A stretch of 32,000 nt of DNA from Candidatus Baldrarchaeota archaeon. GTDB lineage: Archaea; Asgardarchaeota; Baldrarchaeia; Baldrarchaeales; DXJG01. The stretch is taken from contig DXJG01000013.1 of NCBI GenBank assembly GCA_019056805.1, forward strand, positions 1 through 32,000, written 5' to 3'. Positions 17,600 to 27,622 of this stretch are shown in pieces. Within the stretch, counting starts at the first letter, position 1, and every line of letters begins with the position of its first letter. The notes under the pieces are model-generated. The model saw nothing but the letters and a program-made list of their open reading frames with translations. It was not told the DNA's origin and ran no database searches. A program made the translations under genes and the position numbers.

Positions 17600-20500
17600 T
17601 TGAAAACAAACAAAAGCCATATAATTATTGCTTTGTTGATTGCTATTTTGCTTCTATCTTCGGCGCTTCCCATATTGTCAGTGTCATCTCAACTTATCCT
17701 AAAAAATTGACTAATAGTAACGTATCAACACCGTTCAAAACGTTCGGTTCAACCAGCTCCGTGGAACACGTTTCTTTTAGAAATGTAACTTTTACTGATA
17801 TCGTAACAATAGGCAACAACTCTATCGTAAGAATTACAGACTCTAACATAACTTCAGATACCATATATGTCTATGATTGCGCAGAGCTCATATTGGAGAA
17901 TGTAAGTGCACCGTATGGTACAACCATAAAGCTATACGACAATACAACCCTGATACTTAAAAACTCTAACATAAGCGTGCCTTACATGTACTTTTACGTT
18001 TATGACCACGCCAAAATTTACATCATAAACAGTTTTCTAAATAAATCAAACATATATGCAAATGACTTTTCTGAAACATACATCTACAATGCAGCAATAA
18101 ACTATATGTATTTCCACGATAATTCTACAGCCTATTTAACGAATGTCACACTTTACTTCCATACCTACCTTTATGATAACAGTAGCATAACCGTGGAACA
18201 CGCAACGTTCGACGGATACTGGTATTTCCGTGACAACAGTAGTGGAATTTTGTGTAACGTAGCCGGAACTAGTGTCGCAGATATACGCCTATATGATTAT
18301 TCTAACGTCATCATAGAGAACTCTACCCTTGATGATCTTTCATTAATAGGCTACTCAACAGTCACTATAATTAACTGTGTTCTCAATGATATCTACATTA
18401 ACCAGGCTGATCAGTCCTATTATCATTATGGCGGGTATCGTAGTGTACCACATATTTACAATTCTACATTCGATATTTTACGGTGTTATAGCGAACTTAA
18501 AACCTATCTGACAAACGTCAGAGGAAACACTGTTTGCCGCGGTTTCATAATAGAGGGTACTGGAAACGTTAGCGGGAGTACGGTGTACATGTCTTCTGGA
18601 ACATTCGAATACAATGTTGTAAATGATACTTCTTCAAGAATAACAGATTTCAACAATGCAACATACTTCACGTTTAAAAACTCTAATTTCCATATGGAAA
18701 ACATTGCAGCAGAAAGAATTGCAGCATATAACTCTTGTCTTCAAATACATGGTGGAGCTATAACCGTAAGAACCTACGGATACAACTCTACGTTCAACAT
18801 TTATGGAACTACTCTTCCATATTACGTGGAATTTGAAAAAAGTACAGCAGTTTTAAATGCAACAACTGGATGCATAGAACTGTTAGTTGAGTATAGTAAT
18901 ATCACTGCTGTTAACTCAACAAGTTTTTTGGGTCTACGTATAAAACATTCAGCCTTGTTAATAGTTAATTCAACTGTTTTTCTTTTCGCATACAATAATA
19001 GTCAGGTGTACTTTGATTTTTCAGGAGCAGAAGGCATATTTGCCTACGATTACTCGAAAATCTACATCAACTCTTCTTCTACAGGGTTAATGTGTTCAGA
19101 TAACGCTTATGTATCTGTGTTTAACTCGACTGTTTACACCACTTTACTTCAAGGAAACAGCACTGTTTATGCAGATAAAACAAAGTTCATATGCGAAATT
19201 AGTGTTTGGGATAACGCTAACATTACAGTTATAAATTCAAATATATCCGAAAGCTATTCAACAATAGTTACACTGACGAATAATAGTTATGCGTTGTTCA
19301 AAAACGTGAGATTCACAAGTACTGATTGTGATGCAATTATTCAAGCAAACGACAGTTCAGAAGTAATTTTTGAAAATGTGTTTATCGAGGCGGACGGTGA
19401 CTATTTTGAATTTACATTATGGGGTAACGCTCAACTTAAAATTATAAACTCGAAGATAAACACTACTTCAACCATTCTGGGAATCGGCTTGGTTCTTGAC
19501 AACGCTATGGTTTACATAAATGTTACCCAGATCTTTAGAGATACTTCGACTCTCTCCATAGAGTTACGAAATACTACTACTTTAACTACGTTTAACGTAA
19601 GTTCTTTTGCTGTTCTTCTTTGTGATTCAGCTAAATCTTTCATGTATAACAGTAATGTTACAAGGATAGTTGCCATGGAACATGCTTACTTTGAAGCTAT
19701 TAGCAGACGTGGTTTCGACAGTTCGACTACCATTGAAATGTATGATAATTCCGTTGGAAAAATTGTAAACCACAGCATATATTCACTTTACCAGAGTGAA
19801 TTAACTCAATTTTACCTAGAAAACGTTTATGCGAACTTTTCTGGCAGTTTCATTTACTTAGAGGAACAAGCTAGGTTGACAGCGTTAAACCTAACTGCAG
19901 CGGGAATCACCACAGATTTCTTAGTTAATCTATCAAACATGGGCTACGTTAATCTCACAAATTCAAAAATCGGGAAAATAACAGAAGAAATATCAATATA
20001 TCACTACGGTAACACAACTATCAATGGAAAACGATACATTGCTGAAGCTACAGTTGACATATTTAATCACACAATCTTGCAACGCACGACCGTAAATGAA
20101 AAGGAAAGTGCACTGAACATTGAAGAGTTCATCAATGCTGTTATCGGAAACATCACATACACACACGTCTCAGTAAAGCGTCTAGTTGACACCCAGGCAC
20201 CAATAGTATCTGTAACTCCTCCTTCAACGGAATTTGAAAAAGGAATGATAGTAGAAGACATGAAATGGACAATATTGGAAGAACATCCAGACGTCTATGA
20301 ACTGGAGAAAAACGGCACAATAATTATGAACGGTACATATAATAGTGGAGAAGCAATCTCACTAAATATTTCTGCTTTTGATCCAGGGTTCTGGACATTA
20401 AAACTTACAGCTAAAGATAGAGCTGGATATAGTACAACTATATTGTCAAATGTTACGGTTTATCCAAGTGAACCTCCGATATTCACAGTCAAACCACCAA

Positions 20501-20838
20501 GAACATACGAGATGACTGAAGGAAGCACTGGAAACATTCTTAACTGGACTGCAACAGACCGATTCCCAGCAAACTATGAAATCTACGTTGACAATGAATT
20601 AAAAGCAGCAGGAACTTGGACAAGTGGCGTAAAAATAGAATATAACATTGACAATTTAACCGAAGGGAACCACGCAGTAAAAATAGTAGTTTACGACCTT
20701 GCAGGAAACTCCGCTGAAGACACGGTTTCAGTCATTGTAAAACCCGCTGTAGGCTTTCCATGGACATATATTCCCATAATTGTTGGAGTAACCGCTACTG
20801 CAGTGATCATAGTTATCGTCATCAAGAAGCATAAATAA
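17600..20838 (+). CDS. large cell-surface protein: signal peptide (out of frame), beta-helix repeats, two Ig-like domains, C-terminal TM anchor
   Basis: TTG 17600 after GAGGG encodes MKTNKSHIIIALLIAILLLSSALPILSVSS, then stops at 17710. The -1 frame holds YDNS-type repeats, Ig domains from about 20188 and 20464, and TM FPWTYIPIIVGVTATAVIIVIVI-KKHK. Confidence 0.8.
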
Positions 20839-20884
20839 ACTAAACCCCTTTTTATTTTGTTTTGAAGATACCTAGAAACTCTAA

Positions 20885-23332
20885 TTATTCCATATTTTGA
20901 AGTGTTGATTTCTTTATTTCTGGAATATATCTTTTCATCAGCAGTGACCATGAAGTTACTGAAACTGAGCTCATTGCCATGGCTATTCCAGCTAACGCTG
21001 GGTATAAAAGGCCCGCTACTGCAACCGGAATTAAAACAGTGTTGTAGACAAATGCCCAAAAGAGGTTTTGCTTTACCTGCCTAATTGTTCTCTTACTAAG
21101 TTGAATAGCTGCTACAACATCTCTCAAGTCATCTCTAACCAAAATAATGTCTCCAGCTTCAATCGCGATATCTGTTCCACTCCCTATAGCAAATCCTACA
21201 TCAGCTTGAGTTAAAGCTGGAGCATCATTCACACCGTCTCCAACCATACCAACAATGTAACCTTCTTTCTGAAGCTTCTTTAACTCTTTAGCCTTGTCAC
21301 CAGGTAAAACGTTTGCTAACACTCTATCAATACCAAGTTGGGCAGCAATTGCTTTAGCTGTTCTTTCATTATCTCCAGTTATCATCCCAATCTTTACTTT
21401 CATCTTTCTGAGTTCTTCTAATGCTATTTTCGCCTCTCTTCTAGGAACATCCATGATTCCTATTAAACCTATTATCTCATTGTTCACCGAAACACCTACA
21501 ACTGTTTTTCCTTGTTTCATTAGTTTTTCAGCTTCTTTTTCAGCTCCATTGAATTTAACTCCTTTCTCCTTCAACAATCTCATACTTCCAACCAATATTT
21601 CCAAACCGTTGTATATCGCTTTAACTCCTTTTCCAGGAATAGATATAAAGTCCTCCGGATCTTCAATTTTCAAATCCTCTCTTAATGCTTTTTCGACAAT
21701 AGCTTTAGCAAGAGGATGCTCTGAATTCTTTTCAGCTATTGCAGCTAATCTAAGAGCTTCTTTCCCTAAATCTCCATTTCCATCAGCTAACACCTCAACC
21801 GGCTTTAAACCAACTACATCCGTAACTTCTGGACTACCTTTGGTCAGTGTGCCTGTTTTATCGAAAACAACGATATCTAGTTTTCCAGCCAGTTCTAATG
21901 CTTCCCCACTTTTAATCAAAATTCCATACTCAGCTCCTTTACCCATTCCAACCATTATGGCAGTTGGGGTAGCTAATCCTAGGGCACATGGACATGCCAC
22001 AACTAGAACAGCAACCATATTCAATATGGCCCTTGCTGCTCCAATGTGAAACCCAAAATACCACAGTACGAAAGTTAAGATTGAGATTGATATAACTGTA
22101 AAGGTGAAATATCCCGCTACCTTATCAACTATTTTTTGAATTGGTGGTTTCATACTTATAGCTTCTTCAACAAGCTTAACTACTTGAGCTAAGAAAGTAT
22201 CACTTCCAACTTTTGTAGCTCTAATCTTTAAAACTCCTTCTCTATTTACTGTTCCACCTATAACCTCATCTCCAGGTTTTTTCTCAACTGGAATGGATTC
22301 TCCCGTAACCATCGATTCATCCACAGCAGAGTGACCTTCTATAACTACTCCATCTGTAGCTATTTTTTCTCCTGGTCTAACAATCATTATATCTCCTACT
22401 TGTATTAATTCAGCTGGTATTTCCTCTTCAACACCATCTTTTAGAAGTCTTGCTCTTTTCGGCCTTATTTCTAAAAGTTTTTTGATAACAGCAGATGTTT
22501 TGCCTTTAGTTTTAGTTTCTAGATATTTTCCAAGTAGCACAAATGAAATGACTATTGCTGAACTATCGTAGTAGATGTTTCTCCACACAGGTGTGGGGAA
22601 AGTATACCACGCGCTTAAGAGGAATGCAGCTGTTGTACCAATTGAAACTAATGTGTCCATGTTTGCTGTTTTCATTTTAGCTGCCCTAAAAGCTCCTTGA
22701 TAAAATCTCCAGCCAACACCAAACTGAACTGTTGCTGTTAAAACAAATATAAGGTATCCTGCTAGAGGTGTTCCAGCTAAGGGGAGAAAGCTAAATATTT
22801 CTGGATAAGCATAAAGAACCACTGGAACCGATAGGATTAAGCCTATAATGGCTAGGCGTTTTAATTTTTTAGCTTCAATTTCTTCAACAGATAATGCAAA
22901 TTCTTCATGAATAACATCTAACCCGTAATCGGTAATAATTTTCTTTATATCGCTAAGAGAAATTAAAGCAGGATTATACTCTAAAAACACTTGACCGTTC
23001 ACATAATTAACAGAAACATTTCTTACTCCCTCAACTTTCCTAAGGGCTTCTTCTAGCTTGTTAGCATCAATTTGATCTCTTAAACCTCCCACTTGAATCG
23101 TAACTTTTTCATATACAACATAATAACCAGTCTCTTCAATAGCTTCTTCAATTTTCTTAAGATCGACCTTTTTTGGGTCAAAAACTACCGTAGCTTTTTC
23201 CGATGCAAAACTAACCTCTGCTTTTTCAACGCCATACAGGTTTTTTAAATTCTTTTCTATTGTTAAAGCACATCCAGCACAATGCATACCTCCTATTTTC
23301 AAGGAAATTATCCTTTTTTCTTCCTCAGACAT
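20885..23332 (-). CDS. copA: Cu(I)-exporting P1B-type ATPase
   Basis: [38 protein letters not shown] and MAMSS of P1B-1 ATPases. Confidence 0.95.
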   Translation of the reverse strand: MSEEEKRIISLKIGGMHCAGCALTIEKNLKNLYGVEKAEVSFASEKATVVFDPKKVDLKKIEEAIEETGYYVVYEKVTIQVGGLRDQIDANKLEEALRKVEGVRNVSVNYVNGQVFLEYNPALISLSDIKKIITDYGLDVIHEEFALSVEEIEAKKLKRLAIIGLILSVPVVLYAYPEIFSFLPLAGTPLAGYLIFVLTATVQFGVGWRFYQGAFRAAKMKTANMDTLVSIGTTAAFLLSAWYTFPTPVWRNIYYDSSAIVISFVLLGKYLETKTKGKTSAVIKKLLEIRPKRARLLKDGVEEEIPAELIQVGDIMIVRPGEKIATDGVVIEGHSAVDESMVTGESIPVEKKPGDEVIGGTVNREGVLKIRATKVGSDTFLAQVVKLVEEAISMKPPIQKIVDKVAGYFTFTVISISILTFVLWYFGFHIGAARAILNMVAVLVVACPCALGLATPTAIMVGMGKGAEYGILIKSGEALELAGKLDIVVFDKTGTLTKGSPEVTDVVGLKPVEVLADGNGDLGKEALRLAAIAEKNSEHPLAKAIVEKALREDLKIEDPEDFISIPGKGVKAIYNGLEILVGSMRLLKEKGVKFNGAEKEAEKLMKQGKTVVGVSVNNEIIGLIGIMDVPRREAKIALEELRKMKVKIGMITGDNERTAKAIAAQLGIDRVLANVLPGDKAKELKKLQKEGYIVGMVGDGVNDAPALTQADVGFAIGSGTDIAIEAGDIILVRDDLRDVVAAIQLSKRTIRQVKQNLFWAFVYNTVLIPVAVAGLLYPALAGIAMAMSSVSVTSWSLLMKRYIPEIKKSTLQNME

Positions 23333-23365
23333 TTTATCACCTCCATAAAAAATGAAAGAGAAGGT

Positions 23366-23536
23366 TTATCCACAACAGTGATGACGTCCACTGGTTTTTA
23401 CGTATTTACCTGGATTTTCGTCGAATGCTTTTTTGCAATGTTCACTACAGAAATAGTACACTTTACCCATGTACTCTGACTTATACATTGCAGTCTTTTC
23501 ATCTACTTCCATTCCGCAAATAGGATCTTTAGCCAA
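23366..23536 (-). CDS. YHS/TRASH-domain copper chaperone (56 aa)
   Basis: Missing from the ORF track. MAKDPICGMEVDEKTAMYKSEYMGKVYYFCSEHCKKAFDENPGKYVKTSGRHHCCG; TTG start after GAGGTGA; directly upstream of copA. Confidence 0.92.
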   Translation of the reverse strand: MAKDPICGMEVDEKTAMYKSEYMGKVYYFCSEHCKKAFDENPGKYVKTSGRHHCCG

Positions 23537-23585
23537 AACTATCACCTCACATATCTTTACGTGTAGCTTAATATGAAGTTTTTTG

Positions 23586-23600
23586 TTTTCAAATTGAAAA
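23586..23600. promoter_or_regulatory. palindromic operator candidate (copper box 1)
   Basis: TTTTCAA-A-TTGAAAA, proximal edge 50 nt from the YHS start codon. Confidence 0.65.
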
Positions 23601-23722
23601 GAAAGAAATTTGGAGGAAAATAAAACAAGTAATCATAGTAATATTAATGTAAAAGGTAAAAAAGTAAATTTGACCACCATATACAAGACTGTTCATTTCG
23701 TGTTGTTGAATGTATTCATAAG

Positions 23723-23875
23723 TTACAAGTGACAGCACATTGACCGGTTTTTCATTAAGCTTCTATCAATCATAAACCCTACTATAAATCCTGCTAATGG
23801 AGCAATGAAAGTCCATGGCCACCCAAGCATATAACCAATCATAAGACCGAGAATGATACCTAAGCAACAGAGCAT
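23723..23875 (-). CDS. small two-TM membrane protein with terminal Cys pairs (50 aa)
   Basis: Missing from the ORF track. MLCCLGIILGLMIGYMLGWPWTFIAPLAGFIVGFMIDRSLMKNRSMCCHL; ATG after GAGGT; paralog at 24708-24929. Confidence 0.8.
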   Translation of the reverse strand: MLCCLGIILGLMIGYMLGWPWTFIAPLAGFIVGFMIDRSLMKNRSMCCHL

Positions 23876-23924
23876 TGCAACAACCTCAATATGCTCTCAA
23901 AGGCACAATATATATCTATTATTG

Positions 23925-23939
23925 TTTCCAATTTGGAAA
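23925..23939. promoter_or_regulatory. palindromic operator candidate (copper box 2)
   Basis: TTTCCAA-T-TTGGAAA, proximal edge 50 nt from the small-protein start codon. Confidence 0.65.
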
Positions 23940-24016
23940 GAAACCAAATATAGCATAAAATTTAATTTTTACATAAAAGACGGATAGAAGTACAGCGAAC
24001 TTTAAGGGGAAATTAA

Positions 24017-24607
24017 ATGGACGCTAATGAACATATAATTAAGTTTACCACAAAAAACTGGTTAGGTGTTGGAATATTACTTGTTATTTTGGGATTTTTA
24101 GGAATCGTTCAATATACGCTTATGGCAAAATTAGGAATCTTTTCTACTTCCTCACTGGAAATAAAAATAAGCTCAGAAGATCCAAGTACAATTATAGCTT
24201 TAATAGCATTACTAGGAGTTCTTCTTATCCATGAGCTAATCCATTTTTCCATAACGAAAAGATGGGATAGAAACGCAAAAATTATCCTACTCGGACCAAA
24301 ACTTTATAAAATCAGATTCCCAACCAGTTTCCTTCTAATATATAATGGAATTACAATAATCCAATACATTATCATAGCCCTATCCCCGCAAATACTTTCA
24401 ATAATGTTCCTGCTGTTAATAATAATGCCTATAAGTGAGGCATTAAAGAATTCGATTTATATAATTTATTTTTTCCACTTAATTTCTTCAGCAGGAGACT
24501 TTTACGGTGTGCTGTTTGTAATTTACAAATTTAGATTCAAACCCGTAAAACTTAGCTGTCTAACAAAAGATAATGAGTTTATTGGAGTAAAAGTAGAACC
24601 TCTATAA
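24017..24607 (+). CDS. DUF3267-like membrane zincin (putative metalloprotease)
   Basis: TM helices, LIHELIHF (HExxH), ALSP and SSAGDF motifs. Confidence 0.75.
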   Translation: MDANEHIIKFTTKNWLGVGILLVILGFLGIVQYTLMAKLGIFSTSSLEIKISSEDPSTIIALIALLGVLLIHELIHFSITKRWDRNAKIILLGPKLYKIRFPTSFLLIYNGITIIQYIIIALSPQILSIMFLLLIIMPISEALKNSIYIIYFFHLISSAGDFYGVLFVIYKFRFKPVKLSCLTKDNEFIGVKVEPL

Positions 24608-24707
24608 GAAATTTACATTATGAAGGGTTATGTCTAAAGTATATTGGTAGATAAGTTTTTAACACGTAAAATCTATCAGAAAGCTGTTTGAAGCTAAGAA
24701 ACTTTAT

Positions 24708-24929
24708 TTAATCGTTTTCAGACAATTCGTTGTGTATATGTCTTTCTATTTTTATATCAATAAGTAGCCCTAATATAAGACCTATTAATGGAAGAATAAT
24801 CACCCATGGTCCCCCAATCATGTAACCAGCTATAAAACCCAGAAATACACCTAGGCACCAAATACCACATCTTATCAGCTCAAATCCCCCGGAGTTTTCA
24901 AAATTAAATATGCATAGTATATTTATCAC
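24708..24929 (-). CDS. small two-TM membrane protein, paralog of 23723-23875 (start uncertain, possibly frameshifted)
   Basis: CLGVFLGFIAGYMIGGPWVIILPLIGLILGLLID aligns gap-free with the 50-aa protein; C-terminal ERHIHNE. Confidence 0.6.
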   Translation of the reverse strand: MINILCIFNFENSGGFELIRCGIWCLGVFLGFIAGYMIGGPWVIILPLIGLILGLLIDIKIERHIHNELSEND

Positions 24930-25056
24930 ATAATTTTAATTTTCATTTAATTTTTATATCTATTTTTCATCTTTATCAGTACCCAGAAATGTTGGTGGTT
25001 ATAATTGTAAATATCCTGAAATACGGGGAATTACGATATTATTTGATGTTAAACTA

Positions 25057-25656
25057 TTAAGATTGTTTCTTTTTTCGTTCTAAGGCATGTATTCTTTCTT
25101 TAAACTCTCTAAGACATATTGGGCAGCAGAAATAAAACCTTCTATTATATAAAGTGTATGTGTAAGGTTCATCTGTGATTTCCTTCCCACAATAGTCACA
25201 TTTCAGTTTTAAACCTAACTTGGGCGCATATTCTGTTTTTTTCACAGTTTTCAGAACAATGTTTGTTTCAAAAGGAATGTTTAGGTCTACAAATTTCTTC
25301 AACATGTCTCTAAGCATCTTTATATTAGGAATTACCGCCTTACAAATAACATTTTTTTCTCCACTAGTAACATATATCTCGGAAATTACATCCATTTTTT
25401 CCAATTCCTCTACCAACTGCTCAGTATTAGGTGCCTTAAACCCAATTAAAACTTGAACACCTTGTTCCATTAATTTTTCATCCAAAATAACAGTAAATTT
25501 TTTGATTATTCCATTTTCAATCAACTTCTTTATTCTTTGCCTCACTGTAACTCTGCTTAATCCCAATTCACGAGAAATATCTGAGATAGAGGCACGCGCA
25601 TTTTCTTGAAGAATTTTTAAAATTTCATAGTCAATTTCAGTTAAATTCACACCCAT
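25057..25656 (-). CDS. copR: Lrp/AsnC HTH regulator with C-terminal TRASH domain (archaeal CopR/CopT type)
   Basis: IDYEILKILQENARAS..ISRELGLS..TV..RIKKL HTH, AsnC domain, then CDYCGKEI..YFCCPIC. Confidence 0.85.
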   Translation of the reverse strand: MGVNLTEIDYEILKILQENARASISDISRELGLSRVTVRQRIKKLIENGIIKKFTVILDEKLMEQGVQVLIGFKAPNTEQLVEELEKMDVISEIYVTSGEKNVICKAVIPNIKMLRDMLKKFVDLNIPFETNIVLKTVKKTEYAPKLGLKLKCDYCGKEITDEPYTYTLYNRRFYFCCPICLREFKERIHALERKKKQS

Positions 25657-25767
25657 CTTTATACACCTAAAACATCACAAATATTTGGAGACTTAAAGAA
25701 TATTTACTTCTAACATATCTTGCATACGATATGATAATTAAAAATAGTAGTTGTTTAAGTTTATATG

Positions 25768-26598
25768 TTACTCTTGTTTTCGATAGACTATTATTGTGAG
25801 TGGAAGAGCTATAGCAAGATATAACCCGTGAACTATGATTCTTGTCCATTCAGCTTTTACAGTGTAGCCAAACATTACAGCAAATATAGATCCAATAAGA
25901 CCCTTATGATGTAAAGGACTATCACTTGATATATTCAGAACATAAGCATTCTCAGCTAGCCAACCAAGATTAATTCCACTTAATTTCAAGTATTCCATGA
26001 GCTCATGTGTACCGTACCCTGCTAAACCACCAGCAAGAAGAATCAACAGTACGCTTGTGAAATAGAAGAATTTACGGATGCTTATTTTTATTCCAGTCAC
26101 AAATATAGCATAAGCAAATATAATCGAAGTTATTGATCCGAGAATCATTCCAACAATAGTGCCTACTGTATCATTGAGTAGGAAAGGCATTAGGAAAAGA
26201 ACTGTTTCAACACCCTCCCGAAACACGACTACGAACGAAATTGATATTAGTCCAAAAGCCGTTGAACGCGTGGTTACAGCTTCAATACGTTGTTCAATTT
26301 CCTTCTTAATATATTTTCCTTTAGCAGCCATCCAATATATCATTGAAGAAAGTACAACAACTGCTATAAACGCCGTTATGGCCTCAAACAATACTTGAAG
26401 TGTTTTTGGAAGAGTTCCATATACAAACCAGACAAATACACCTAAAATTATGCTTAAAAATAGTGATAGATAAACCCCATACCACACATAACGAGAAAAT
26501 GATTTTCTACCAGTTCTAGCTAGGTATGCTAATATTATTGAAATTATAAGAATAGCTTCAAAGGTTTCTCTAAACGTTATTAAGTATTGACCGAGCAT
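25768..26598 (-). CDS. FTR1 family iron permease
   Basis: Two RExxE motifs (FRETFEA, FREGVET) in TM helices. Confidence 0.92.
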   Translation of the reverse strand: MLGQYLITFRETFEAILIISIILAYLARTGRKSFSRYVWYGVYLSLFLSIILGVFVWFVYGTLPKTLQVLFEAITAFIAVVVLSSMIYWMAAKGKYIKKEIEQRIEAVTTRSTAFGLISISFVVVFREGVETVLFLMPFLLNDTVGTIVGMILGSITSIIFAYAIFVTGIKISIRKFFYFTSVLLILLAGGLAGYGTHELMEYLKLSGINLGWLAENAYVLNISSDSPLHHKGLIGSIFAVMFGYTVKAEWTRIIVHGLYLAIALPLTIIVYRKQE

Positions 26599-26632
26599 AG
26601 ATCCTCAACACGTTAAATATCTTCTTATCAAC

Positions 26633-26661
26633 ATACTTATATAACACTGTTATATAAGTAT
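26633..26661. promoter_or_regulatory. perfect 14-bp inverted repeat containing the FTR1 TATA box
   Basis: ATACTTATATAACA-C-TGTTATATAAGTAT. Confidence 0.6.
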
Positions 26662-26726
26662 TTCTCACACAACAACACAAAAAGAGGACTAATTCCACAG
26701 AAATAAAAAATAAAGTTGAATAAGTT

Positions 26727-27005
26727 TCAAACTTCTATTAACTCTTTAAGAAGAGGGCCAAGAAACTGTCTAACACTTTCAGCTAGCTTTTCTGCCTGTA
26801 TTAATGTAATACAACAGGTTTCTCCTTCTCTGCAACATGATATAGCCACTAGTTTATCTCCAGCCTTTAGACCGAGTTTTTCTCTTAAATCTTTAGGTAA
26901 TAGAATTTGTCCTCTATCATCAAGAGTTAGTACGGCTTCAACAGCGCAACGAGGTCTACTGGTACCCGTTGAGGAACAACAATCTTTATCTTCTTTCCGC
27001 ACCAC
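26727..27005 (-). CDS. Cys-rich AbrB/SpoVT-fold protein resembling HgcAB-associated HgcC family
   Basis: LDDRGQILLPKDLREKLGLKAGDKL AbrB motif with CC/C pairs; GTG start after GAGGTG. Confidence 0.7.
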   Translation of the reverse strand: MVRKEDKDCCSSTGTSRPRCAVEAVLTLDDRGQILLPKDLREKLGLKAGDKLVAISCCREGETCCITLIQAEKLAESVRQFLGPLLKELIEV

Positions 27006-27622
27006 TTAACACCTCTATTATAAATATGAAAAATGGGAATATATAAAATTTTCTGATTATACAGAATTTTCTGAAAAATAAAAAGTGTTGTATCGTATGG
27101 TGAGAGATCCGAAATTTTAATTTCAACATACATAATTAGTATTCGTTATTAAATTGTAATTTTAGGCGTTGTTTTACGGGGGAGAAAAGATTTTACAATG
27201 GAGATTAAGAACAACTGAAGATGATAAAAGAACCATAAGATAAATTCGCCTCTTCTTACATGTAGGCAAGACATCCACAAAATAAGAATGCCAGTAAGAA
27301 CTGGAAATACCAATCAACTCTATTTCCTCTATCAAAACCGTTAAAAATTCATTATTTTAAATCTACTTAAGAAATATTGAAATTCTTTAGGGTGGGGAGA
27401 CTTTGAAGAAGCGGGTGTTGACCTTCGTACTTTCGGTTCGATACTTACAGTACTTTCTGGCTTCTTTTATCAGTCCCAGCCATACAAATTAGTAAGAAAA
27501 TCAATGACAAGTATAAATTGAACTAATAAAGAAAAATCGGAAGTCACCTTTAAAAGTGCATGGAAAAGTAGTATATAATCTTAAAAACTATATATCTATA
27601 TCTATATGTAGAGGTGTTCAAG

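Noticed and set aside
17587-17700. ORF-track N-terminus MREGFENKQKPYNYCF of the 1083-aa protein
   Set aside because: It has no RBS and no signal peptide for an obviously exported protein; the alternative frame has both.
27435-27441. GGTTCGA resembling a tRNA T-loop
   Set aside because: No cloverleaf, D-arm or acceptor stem can be built around it.
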